Part shown: piece after piece, positions 1-9,158 of the stretch
How the letters are laid out: every line of letters begins with the position of its first letter
How positions within the stretch are numbered: position 1 is the first letter of the stretch
IMG/VR virus record: IMGVR_UViG_2534681837_000002
Span: 1-64,000 of that record
Reading direction: 5' to 3' (one strand)
Length of the DNA: 64,000 bases
Source: a virus
Taxonomy: Duplodnaviria > Caudoviricetes
The notes under the pieces: model-generated
The model's input: the letters and a program-made list of their open reading frames with translations, nothing else
Told to the model about the DNA's origin: nothing
Databases searched by the model: none
Made by a program: the position numbers and the translations under genes

Positions 1-498
1 TTAGACTGAAGGGTCTTCGCCTTCGCCCTCATTGCCGCTGCCGCCGCCTGCCGGGATACCTTTGGCCTTGCGGTAGTCGGTCAGTGAAGCGTAGTTTACA
101 CCATCTTCCAGCACGCCGCCGTTCTGGAATTTCAACTGCCGGACAACGCCGTCTCTCAACTCCTTGCTTGGGGTAAATATAACGCGCGGCTCCTTAATCA
201 TGGTCGCGGCATTAAAATCATTGATATTTTCCACTCCCTCGCTTTTGAAGGTGACGCGCAGCGTACCCAGGTTGCCCACTTTCACCGTATGACCTTGCAA
301 AAGCTGCTGGACGGCATACTTACCAAGCAAATCGATAGCAGCCTCCATTTCGATAGGGGCTGTGGTGGTGTTCTCTGTAGCAGCGCGGGTCATTGCTTTG
401 ATATCCTGTGACTCCCGGCTTTGGGGGACTGCATACCATTTCTTCGCTTCATCCGGCTTCATCGGATTTCTTTTCAGTACTAAATTGTAATCTTGCAT
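1..498 (-). CDS. HU-related histone-like DNA-binding protein (Bacteroidales long HU type)
   Basis: HU-like core GHTVKVGNLGTLRVTFKS...EPRVIFTPSKEL and Gly/Glu-rich tail GGGSGNEGEGEDPSV; start moved to ATG 498 (MQDYN) because the upstream ORF extension runs into a repeat array. Confidence 0.85.
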   Translation of the reverse strand: MQDYNLVLKRNPMKPDEAKKWYAVPQSRESQDIKAMTRAATENTTTAPIEMEAAIDLLGKYAVQQLLQGHTVKVGNLGTLRVTFKSEGVENINDFNAATMIKEPRVIFTPSKELRDGVVRQLKFQNGGVLEDGVNYASLTDYRKAKGIPAGGGSGNEGEGEDPSV

Positions 499-568
499 AA
501 ATACGTTTTTTAGATTGTTGATAATATTCTTACGGGATTTAGGGGCACCCGCCCGTCTCGCCCGGTGT

Positions 569-697
569 CTCACACCTGTGTCATCCAGTGCCTCGCATAT
601 GTGTCACCCGGTGTCTCGCATATGCAAGGCGGGGTGTCTCGCACCTGCGACACTTGACCTGACACGCCTGTGCCTCCCGGTGTGAGGCAGGTGTGAG
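569..697. repeat. Array of 14-bp imperfect palindromes with 23-bp period upstream of HU gene
   Basis: CTCACACCTGTGTC 569, CTCGCATATGTGTC 592, CTCGCATATGCAAG 615, CTCGCACCTGCGAC 638, GACACGCCTGTGCC 661, degenerate copy 684. Confidence 0.8.
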
Positions 698-1208
698 GCC
701 GGGTGTGACTCCCCACCGAAAAAGAATAGAGAAAACGTATATGAAATGTCTATTTTAATGCTTGTTTTTGTCCCGTTCATTAATGGCTTACGGGTGAGTA
801 ATGCCAGAGAATGGCTTAATTAGAGCATTATTGAAACAGGGTTATGATACCAAATCTCGCAAATTTGTGAATCCATATAGACCTAAATCAAGAATGTTCG
901 CTTTTTTGTTATATCCCTGCCTACAGGCACAATATAACGGAAAACGCGGGCATAGACTGATTTATCTACGTGGAAGGGTTAGCGAGAACCTGGTATCTAG
1001 GTAAGGAAGTCTATTGACCCGCGTCCCCCTTTTCAGCAGTCTGATATTAATTCTGCATGACAATAAAGATATGTTTTGAATATAGTACGTGCGGACATTT
1101 CAATGTCGGCGAACTGTATTTCCCGGGCTGCCTTGTTTGTGAAAATGGGGCAGTCCACCCGGAACAAAGGTGACTAAAATGCACCTAATCTGTTAAGTAT
1201 GTACCGTT

Positions 1209-2225
1209 TTATTCCTCAGGGGAAAGGCGGTCCTTTTTTTGCACCTCCCGGGCAAACTGCTTCCCTTTCTTCGTAGTCATGTACACCAGTCCGCCCCCCT
1301 CCTGCTCGTAATCGACGTACCCCATGCGTTCAGCTTCTTTCAGGTAGAGTTCAATGCCGAAGATGCTGATATTCTTCAGCCACTCGTTCTTCTCTTTCAG
1401 CGTTTCGGAACTGGAACGTTCGTTGGCACAGACTGAAAGTGTAATCTTCTCGGCACCTTCTACCAGGGCGCTTTTGCGCGGAAAACGGGGCTTGTCCGGA
1501 GGTAGTTTCTCTATGATTTGAATTTCTGCCTGCATCTCCTGCGCTGGTGTTGCAACAGATGCTTCGATGGGGGTCTGTGCCGGTTTAATGGGCTGCGGGG
1601 GGCTTTCCAGCATCTTGATTCCGTGTGTGTCCATCAGTTCGAGTAGATTGGGTTGGTCGAAGAAGGCAGAGATGCCGTATATCAGTTGTTGCAGTTTGTC
1701 TTTCAAGTCGTTGAAGAACTGTTCCCGTTCTGCCGTCCAGTCGATAACGATGCAATATCTGTCCGGGCTTTTTCTAAAAGAATGCCCCGGCGTGCCATCT
1801 GCCATGATGCAGAAATACTCTGTATGCTGGGCGGTCACTTCAAAAAGAATGTGGAAATCGAAACCGAACATATAGTCGGCACCACCCGAAGGATGGTCGA
1901 AATGGGCACTAACACCGGGCTTTATCCCGCAATAGCCATTGTACTCTCCGTCCATTCTGTTCATTATCATCTCTGCGGAACCATAGAGATGGTAGGCTAT
2001 TATTTTACGCCTGGAGGCTACCTTATCATGATACTCCGTCAGGCTACAGAGGAGATGAGTTTTCATATCTCCTTCATTGTTGTATCTCCGCCGTCCGAAT
2101 TCCGTGAGAACGGACACCTCTTCGGGGAGGTTCTTGTAGTAGAAGCCGGTCTTTTGGGTGTACCAGATTTCGACCTCTACATACTGGCCTTTGATGCGGA
2201 AATTGTCTTTTCCAATTTTTGGCAT
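1209..2225 (-). CDS. hypothetical protein (338 aa)
   Basis: Long ORF; likely start MPKIGK at 2225 after upstream small gene. Confidence 0.7.
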   Translation of the reverse strand: MPKIGKDNFRIKGQYVEVEIWYTQKTGFYYKNLPEEVSVLTEFGRRRYNNEGDMKTHLLCSLTEYHDKVASRRKIIAYHLYGSAEMIMNRMDGEYNGYCGIKPGVSAHFDHPSGGADYMFGFDFHILFEVTAQHTEYFCIMADGTPGHSFRKSPDRYCIVIDWTAEREQFFNDLKDKLQQLIYGISAFFDQPNLLELMDTHGIKMLESPPQPIKPAQTPIEASVATPAQEMQAEIQIIEKLPPDKPRFPRKSALVEGAEKITLSVCANERSSSETLKEKNEWLKNISIFGIELYLKEAERMGYVDYEQEGGGLVYMTTKKGKQFAREVQKKDRLSPEE

Positions 2226-2245
2226 AACTTCGGTTTTAAATTTAT

Positions 2246-2419
2246 TTACTCTTGAATGGGGTGATCGTTCACATAGTCGCAAAGCCATTCGATGGCGGCT
2301 TTCACTCCTTGTTCGTAGCTCATTCCGGGAAAGTTGGCATGCCCCGTCTCTTCCGATTCGGAGCACTGGTTCAACAGTTCGTCTATTTCCTCAGAAGTTC
2401 TCACAATTCTGTAACTCAT
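2246..2419 (-). CDS. small hypothetical protein (57 aa, below ORF-track cutoff)
   Basis: Hand translation MSYRIVRTSEEIDELLNQCSESEETGHANFPGMSYEQGVKAAIEWLCDYVNDHPIQE; fills the gap between two co-oriented genes. Confidence 0.7.
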   Translation of the reverse strand: MSYRIVRTSEEIDELLNQCSESEETGHANFPGMSYEQGVKAAIEWLCDYVNDHPIQE

Positions 2420-2425
2420 AGCCGT

Positions 2426-3046
2426 TTATTTGTCTTTGATACCATTAAGATGATTAATAATTTTAGTAAGTTCGAGCACCATCTCACCCTCTTTGTTGAG
2501 AGTGGCGGCAAACAGTGCATTGTTGAGCCCTTTGATAGTAAATATCAGCTTCTCCTGCTCTAAAAGTTCCTGAGAACTATCGATAGTCATAGTTCCTGCC
2601 TTCCACCGTTCAAGCTCCTCTTTCATCCCGTTGTACTTCGTTTCCAGATCACGGAGTGCTTTGTCGCGCACTTCAAGCTTACGCTCAAGGTCTTTGATAA
2701 TCTTCTTCTGCGATACTTTCTTGGCAGCTTCCTGATACTCCATCGGACTTGGCGGAATATAGACGTCAGGACGGACGTCGGGTGCTTCAATGCCGGTTTT
2801 CTTCTGGTTTTCCCTTGCTATATCTTCTTTCAGCTCATTCAGGAATCTTTTGGACGTCGGGCCGGGTTTCCGACGATCCACCACTGTCAGGTCTATCCGT
2901 TTCACTGGCAACGTTTCTCCTTCGAATGTGTTGACAACGGCATAGTCTACATTCTCAATTCTCGTGAAGTCTTTAATCACCCCGCCATTCATTAATCCTC
3001 TGTCGTCGTAGAACTTTACGACTTTTCCTACCTTAGCTTGATTCAT
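2426..3046 (-). CDS. hypothetical coiled-coil protein
   Basis: 206 aa ORF overlapping sigma-factor stop; heptad-rich central region. Confidence 0.7.
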   Translation of the reverse strand: MNQAKVGKVVKFYDDRGLMNGGVIKDFTRIENVDYAVVNTFEGETLPVKRIDLTVVDRRKPGPTSKRFLNELKEDIARENQKKTGIEAPDVRPDVYIPPSPMEYQEAAKKVSQKKIIKDLERKLEVRDKALRDLETKYNGMKEELERWKAGTMTIDSSQELLEQEKLIFTIKGLNNALFAATLNKEGEMVLELTKIINHLNGIKDK

Positions 3047-3572
3047 AATAATTACATTTTAAGTTCTTAATAATTTTCTTTCTTGCTCCATTTATTTTTG
3101 ATTTCACTGTACCCAAAGGAAGATTCATAACTTCTGCAATTTGCTCATAGCCAAAACCATTGACATGCCCCATGAAGACACGGTAATCAATCTGCGACAA
3201 CGAACGCTTAACCAAATCGGACAATTCTTTAAAGATAAAATCCGCATCGGTACTCTGCGAGAACCTACCCTGCCCCGCCAATAAGGCCATCTGTTCATTG
3301 TCATAATTATCAATACCAACTCTTTCATTCCTTCTATAGTTATTTATAAATATATTGGTCATTATAGTAATCAGCCATGAGCGAAAGTTCTTTTCGTTTC
3401 CTTCGTAGAAGTAATCCCGCTTATCCAACACCTTTAGTATGGTTTCGGAAACCAGGTCTTTTCTGTCATCTTCACCCAAAGCAAACTTCCGGGCGAAATT
3501 GTCCAGATATTGCCTGTTGGCTATCAGTTGACTATTAAAGTCGAATTCCATCGTTTCATTTGTTTTTCTCAT
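3033..3572 (-). CDS. ECF (sigma-70 family) RNA polymerase sigma factor
   Basis: Region 2 DRKDLVSETILKV...NFRSWLITIMTNIFINNYRR; region 4 GFGYEQIAEVMNLPLGTVKSKINGARKKI. Confidence 0.92.
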   Translation of the reverse strand: MRKTNETMEFDFNSQLIANRQYLDNFARKFALGEDDRKDLVSETILKVLDKRDYFYEGNEKNFRSWLITIMTNIFINNYRRNERVGIDNYDNEQMALLAGQGRFSQSTDADFIFKELSDLVKRSLSQIDYRVFMGHVNGFGYEQIAEVMNLPLGTVKSKINGARKKIIKNLKCNYYESS

Positions 3573-3703
3573 TTAGTATCGATACGAATGCCTGTATTTC
3601 AGCTATTTGTTCCTAATGCTTCGTGTAGAATCTGCTTAGGAAAAGGTATAAAAGCTCCCCGTACTGCCTGACAGACAATATCCGCATATCAACTAAAAAT
3701 GTT

Positions 3704-4129
3704 TCATTTATTCCCGAAATCGGCAGGAATCTCTCCCCATTCCGTCGTATTCCAATGTCTGACTTCAATAGTATCTACTTCAGAAGACATCGCCTTTAAA
3801 AACACTTCGGCACGCTTCAAATCCGAGTGACGTTTCTGTGAAGCTGTTTTCTTATTATTGACCCACGTTATGGCCGTTATGCTATCAGTATATATAACCT
3901 TCGGGCTGTAACCGGTTTCAATAATGTACTTTATGGCAGCTACTACTCCCAAGAACTCACTGATATTCACTGTTTGATTACCCAGTTCCTTGTTAAACAG
4001 TTCATTCCCTGTTTTCAGATCAATCCCTCTGTATTGGGATACACCTCTCTTTATGGAATGAGCACCGTCCGTACAGATTCCTGCTGTAGGACGGTGTGGA
4101 CTTGTTTCATCCAGTAACATAGTAACCAT
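3704..4129 (-). CDS. Ribonuclease H (RNase HI catalytic domain)
   Basis: Catalytic motifs CTDGA, TVNISEFLG, IYTDS and C-terminal WGEIPADFG. Confidence 0.88.
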   Translation of the reverse strand: MVTMLLDETSPHRPTAGICTDGAHSIKRGVSQYRGIDLKTGNELFNKELGNQTVNISEFLGVVAAIKYIIETGYSPKVIYTDSITAITWVNNKKTASQKRHSDLKRAEVFLKAMSSEVDTIEVRHWNTTEWGEIPADFGNK

Positions 4130-4619
4130 CAGCTTTCATTAAACGCAAGAGCTCTTGAGCGTACTTTATAAATCGGCTAATCACCTCAGCTTTGTTTTCA
4201 AGGTCATCCCTTTTGTCAAGCACCTTCACAACACCATCTATAGTGCGGCTGGACGCCGTCTTTCCATCTATCGGGTCAAAGTAAATCTTCTTATACCCAA
4301 ATTCGATTTTAATCTGATAAATAGACTTAGGAACAACAATTGTTTCAATATCGGCCTCGAATAATGCCTGAACTGCCGATTCAACAATATACCCGTTCTG
4401 CTTAAACATCGGCCTCAGTTCAACGTCATACAATTTGTCTGGGAGGATGTGTCCTTTTAGTTTGGCAGAAAGGACACATATTTTCTTCCTATATCTTGAA
4501 TCTTCACAGACTCCTTTCAATTTACTACTACCTTTTCCTTTCGGTGGTCTCGATACGAATCCAATAATTTCACCAGTCTCTTCCGACACGGTGAATTTGA
4601 TTCGCGACTTTTCAATCAT
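4107..4619 (-). CDS. hypothetical protein
   Basis: 170 aa ORF, first gene after promoter at 4700-4731. Confidence 0.7.
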   Translation of the reverse strand: MIEKSRIKFTVSEETGEIIGFVSRPPKGKGSSKLKGVCEDSRYRKKICVLSAKLKGHILPDKLYDVELRPMFKQNGYIVESAVQALFEADIETIVVPKSIYQIKIEFGYKKIYFDPIDGKTASSRTIDGVVKVLDKRDDLENKAEVISRFIKYAQELLRLMKADGYYVTG

Positions 4620-4699
4620 GCTATTTCAAATGTTTTTTCATATCTAATTACATTCAATTAATAATCTGATTTCTTTCATTTTTTTTGTCTACTTTGATG

Positions 4700-4731
4700 C
4701 AAAAGTAAGGCGTAGAAAGGTACAGTCCAAA
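4700..4731 (-). promoter_or_regulatory. Bacteroidetes sigma-A promoter
   Basis: Minus strand TTTG-N20-TACTTTTG, exact match to TTTG(-33)/TAnnTTTG(-7). Confidence 0.8.
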
Positions 4732-4790
4732 TATTTTTTGGATTATTTTTTTGTCAAGATTAGTGTAGGAAAATAGGGTATCAAAAGGGG

Positions 4791-5429
4791 TTACCTTAGT
4801 CTACTATCCTCGGAGAAATGACTATAGTGCTCGTCAGTTTCTGAAATACAATAAGGCACTTGACATTTCCAGTAACGGTAGTAGTTCGCTTTGCCCTCTG
4901 TAGAGCCATATACATCATTTCGGTTGATCCACTGGTTACCTTGTTCCGTGTTTACATTAAACCATTTTGCACTATTTGCTATTTTGGGGTTCGAACCAAT
5001 ATAGTGATTCATCTTCTCCAGCCCGTGTACAAAAATACAATGTATTTTTATTTGGTTGTCACAGTCGTACTGACGGGCAAACCGGGCAAATTCATGAATA
5101 TCGGTATCAAGCAGGCTTCCACCGAAGTGAACAGGAGTTTCCCTTTGAAGCCTCAAAAATGCAGTACGGATGTGCGGCCTCGATTGTATTTCTTTGAGCC
5201 GGGATTTAGTCACAGCATCAATAGTTACGTATGTCACCCGATATCCGTTGCCGTTTTTATCAAGTACTTCTAATTGCTTCACATACTCAATCTGTTTATT
5301 GATACTATTATCCAGTGGATTTGTGTTGTCGGTACATGTCACTATGATACCAATAAATGCAATAAAGCCAATGTACAAATAAGGAGCCAATTTAGTTAAT
5401 ACGATTAGTTTAATCTCTGATTCTTTCAT
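4791..5429 (-). CDS. membrane-anchored or lipoprotein hypothetical protein
   Basis: N-terminal hydrophobic segment YLYIGFIAFIGIIVTC. Confidence 0.65.
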   Translation of the reverse strand: MKESEIKLIVLTKLAPYLYIGFIAFIGIIVTCTDNTNPLDNSINKQIEYVKQLEVLDKNGNGYRVTYVTIDAVTKSRLKEIQSRPHIRTAFLRLQRETPVHFGGSLLDTDIHEFARFARQYDCDNQIKIHCIFVHGLEKMNHYIGSNPKIANSAKWFNVNTEQGNQWINRNDVYGSTEGKANYYRYWKCQVPYCISETDEHYSHFSEDSRLR

Positions 5430-5800
5430 TTAAGATGCATTTTATGCACTCCATTCCCTCTAATTCTATCAGAAATTATTGTCCCATATCCACGAAAATA
5501 CAGTGTGTTACGAAAGTATTCCAATTCCTTTTCTGGAATACGTGTAGCATAGATTACATAATAAAAATGTTTTTCCAACAGAATCCGGTCTAAACCGAAT
5601 ATTACAGAAACTATTCGGGAATCTTCAAAATAGGTTTCAAAATATTCTCCGACGCGAAACAGAATTATCATGTCGTTGCCATGCTTTCGTTTCATTTGTG
5701 TGTATTTGTCCATAATGTGTTCGTTATTAACGATATTACGGATAATTGAATCGTTCATAAGGGTACTTTTTAGCAACACTTTAAGATATGGGAGTGGCAA
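5426..5800 (-). CDS. stand-alone MutS domain I-like protein
   Basis: KYTQMKRKHGNDMIILFRVGEYFETYFEDSRIVSVIFGL matches the MutS mismatch-binding N-terminus; no ATPase domain. Confidence 0.75.
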   Translation of the reverse strand: MPLPYLKVLLKSTLMNDSIIRNIVNNEHIMDKYTQMKRKHGNDMIILFRVGEYFETYFEDSRIVSVIFGLDRILLEKHFYYVIYATRIPEKELEYFRNTLYFRGYGTIISDRIRGNGVHKMHLK

Positions 5801-5873
5801 ATATATGATTTTTAATCTATAAATAGGGAAATGGAATACAATTAATTATTATAAATCAATAACCTGTGCTTGC

Positions 5874-6857
5874 TTATACGGCACCACAGTTTTCCCCGTA
5901 AGCTCCGGCAGGAAGCACCCACTCTTCATGTTCCTCCAGGATGACAGACGGCGTATAGATACGGCCCGTAGCCAATGCCTTCAGTTCCGGAGTGATATCC
6001 TTATAAGGAGTTCCCGAATGAATCAGCGAAGGCAAATCCGTTCCACGTTTAATGGTGCAACCAAAGCGCTTCTCATACCGAATAATCAGCCGGGTCTGAG
6101 CAGGGCTGACTACTGCCGCACTGGCAAACTGGTTCTTACGGGAGAAAATGCAGAACTTACAACTGCATCTTCCCCACCCCATATAATAACACGGATGCAC
6201 CCGGACACGATATCGTTCAATAATATCCCACACTTCGCGTTCCTTCATATCGCGCATCGGCCTGTATCTGTCTACATGGCGTTGGAACTGCTTTCCATTC
6301 CTGCGGTCCGCGCGATCCGGTTCAAACACAGGATACTTCGCCCGTCGTGCGGACTCCTCTCCCCTTTCTCCTGAAATCACCAGCGTGCGTATTCCGCGGA
6401 AACGCTCCTGGTTGACGATAGCAGACGTACATACATCTATCTTCAGGTAGCTGCTGCACCAGCGCACTTTCAGATCGGGCGAAGCCTGCGGGAATTTCCA
6501 TCGCGTAGAAAGCTTTCCGCTCGTACCACCTACTTTCCCTATGCTGTGGTCGATGCATTCAAAGTGAGTGGGTGCCGTGTATTCCTCCTTGCGGAGCATT
6601 TCGCGTTTAAAGCCGCCCTCCTTCCATTGGAAGAATATCTTAACGCCGAATGCTTCAGCAAACTTCCGGCAGTAGTCGGGGGTGACTTCCCAGTCGAAAA
6701 AAGTCTTATCGCGAGCGTCGATTTCCTGGTGCCAAAGCTCGATTTTCTCTTTGGGCACGCCCTCGTCCAACAAGTGCAGAAAAGAGGCAGTGGAATCCTT
6801 TCCACCGCTAAATTGTACCAGATATTTGTCATAACTGTGTAAATTGAATTGTTCCAT
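5874..6857 (-). CDS. PAPS reductase / PP-loop family protein
   Basis: PP-loop FSGGKDS, RWCSSYLK, GERGEESARR, HPCY, RCSCKFCIF. Confidence 0.85.
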   Translation of the reverse strand: MEQFNLHSYDKYLVQFSGGKDSTASFLHLLDEGVPKEKIELWHQEIDARDKTFFDWEVTPDYCRKFAEAFGVKIFFQWKEGGFKREMLRKEEYTAPTHFECIDHSIGKVGGTSGKLSTRWKFPQASPDLKVRWCSSYLKIDVCTSAIVNQERFRGIRTLVISGERGEESARRAKYPVFEPDRADRRNGKQFQRHVDRYRPMRDMKEREVWDIIERYRVRVHPCYYMGWGRCSCKFCIFSRKNQFASAAVVSPAQTRLIIRYEKRFGCTIKRGTDLPSLIHSGTPYKDITPELKALATGRIYTPSVILEEHEEWVLPAGAYGENCGAV

Positions 6858-6901
6858 ACATATAAACTTTTAGTGATACTGTTCCGGTATATTTAGCACC
6901 G

Positions 6902-7132
6902 TTATTTCATCGCTTCATTAAGTTTGGCAATCGCTTTATCCAAGCTCTCGTTTGATGACTCCATTGCTGCAATCGCACTCTCTATTTTATCCCCCTTTAC
7001 ACCGCTTTGAAAGCTTTCAGGCAGGCTATCATACGCATCACGTTCTTCACTGATGATATCTTCTATATCATTTTTCACATCATTTATCTGGTCGATTATC
7101 TCGACAATTCGGCTTCTTTTGTTTTTATTCAT
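6902..7132 (-). CDS. small coiled-coil hypothetical protein
   Basis: MNKNKRSRI...; start moved to 7132 because the longer ORF overlaps a terminator. Confidence 0.65.
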   Translation of the reverse strand: MNKNKRSRIVEIIDQINDVKNDIEDIISEERDAYDSLPESFQSGVKGDKIESAIAAMESSNESLDKAIAKLNEAMK

Positions 7133-7148
7133 AATTTTATGGGTATTT

Positions 7149-7177
7149 AAAAAGGGCAACCGATATGATTGCCCTTT
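7149..7177 (-). terminator. Rho-independent terminator
   Basis: AAAGGGCAA-N-TTGCCCTTT stem with T-run on minus strand. Confidence 0.65.
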
Positions 7178-7381
7178 AAATGGATTGAATTATTTAATTT
7201 ATATACCAACTTTACGGTTCAGCAGGTAGTGTACTCTTATATTTCGATGTAATAAACCTTCAAATGCCCGGGTGGTTTTAAGACTTATCGATAATTTCAA
7301 ATAAAAAGAGGACTGCCACGGTATCACTACCACAGCAGCCCATACATACTATACTAATGACAACAATAAATATTTTAGTGG

Positions 7382-9114
7382 TTATTGCAATGCATTCACC
7401 ATTTTTTCATGGGTACTTCTATAGATCAATCCGTCTGATGTTCGTGCTACATAACAGACAGGTTCACCCATAAGCAGGTTGGCATATACCTTTTGTCCTG
7501 CTATTGTTTCTAAGTATTTTACATTATAATAGCTGTTAGTCTGGTATTCTTTCAGCTCTTTTCCCACAGTGGGCTTAACAAAAGAACTGTCGTAATCAGC
7601 CAACATCTTCTCCAGCCATGTTTTATGATACGTGCCAATGGCCCGATTGAAGATGACTTGTGGACGAATACTCATCGGGGTGCGGCGGGTTACAATCAAA
7701 AGACCATATTTGCTGGGATATGATTCTTTTTCATAGAATCCGATACATGTGTGTCCCAACAGGCAATAAGAGAAATTCTGCCTGTTCTCTCTTAACTGTG
7801 AAAAAGAGCATTCGCCACCCATAAACTCAACAGGAAGCCCCGTCATTTCCTGAAAATTTTCATAGTAAACGGCAGGAATATATTCTTTAAGCCCTTTCAT
7901 GTATGAATCTTTGTTGATTACCAGATTCAGCTTACAGGCTACTTCATAGGTAACAAATTTAGGTTCGGCATACTCTATATTCCTGAGAGAATGTTCGAGT
8001 GCTGCCGAAACTATTTCTGGTGTCTGTAACTGGCGGGGTATCTGTTCAAACCAACTATAGGTTTTATCATGCTCAAAGCAATGCTTAACAAATGCTTCAT
8101 TCCATATCTCTTGCGGAAACTTGGGATATGTGGTAGTCTGTTTAACGAATTTCTTACATACTGTCCTTGTCAACAAGGACTTGTCCACCCCCTGTACAAA
8201 GTGATAAAAATTAGGTTTATCCTTGCAGTTGTCCAGCACTTGCAGGAGCCTTGGGACTGTCTGATAATCTTTAGGAAGGTCATTGAAATAAAGAGGTGTC
8301 TCCGCGATTATTAAGTCTGCCAACGCATCATTCATCACAGTTTTCATCTTCGCAAGGATATCACTTTTTGCCGGAAAGTGATAAACATTAATTTTGCTTT
8401 TCGGTCCAAGAACCGCCATAAACATATCGAGTGTGTATTTGTCAACACTTACCAACTCTGGTCTCTGCATAGCCAATAGCTTATGATATTCACCTTGCTT
8501 ATGACATTTAGGTATGAGTTCTATCGCAGCTTCCACTGACAATCCGGATAGTGACAACAGCCCTCTGTAGAACGCTCTGTTTTTAATGGTACGAGGGACA
8601 AAAGAAAGAAGTACTTGTGTCTTTTCCAAGGCCGACCTTTTTTCATACTCACTACTACCGTAATGGTTATAGCGTCACGTCTGTAATCGTAACTTGAATT
8701 ACCGGAAAAGAGGTTCCGAATGCCTTTATAAACAGCCTCTACATTCCAGCAGCAAGAAGGAATCAACGCCAGATAATGCATATGATTCTTCAAACTCCCC
8801 ATCAATACCTTTAGCATGTTCTGGTTTCTTAATGTATAGGGTACTTCGGGAAGATTATCAATATCTTTTTCTACGGCGACATTGCATACCTCTTGCGAAC
8901 GTTTGTCAACAGGTAGCCGACTCAGGCTGAAGCTGCTCCAACCGTCACCACTTTTTTGAAGAATACGTTGGATATTCTCCATAGTCATGAATTCCACAGG
9001 CAAACAATCCAATAAACGAATGTTACCTTCTTCTACTCCGGCTTTAATGATTTCTGAAGTTAATAAACTGACCGGAAGATTAGCAATTGCTGTGCAAATA
9101 GAAAAGTTTGTCAT
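7382..9114 (-). pseudogene. DUF4116-like repeat protein split by a frameshift near 8675
   Basis: Overlapping ORFs 8521-9114 and 7382-8629 both carry P-x-T-x-E-x-A-type repeats; restoring 1 nt joins ...YDYRR to RYNHYGSSEYEKRSALEKTQ. Confidence 0.7.
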
Positions 9115-9158
9115 ATTGTTGTTTTTTAGTCGTTTAAGAATAGTATGTTATATAGGAA

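Noticed and set aside
1020-1200. Riboswitch or ncRNA upstream of the HU gene
   Set aside because: Only two short hairpins, with no recognisable riboswitch consensus.
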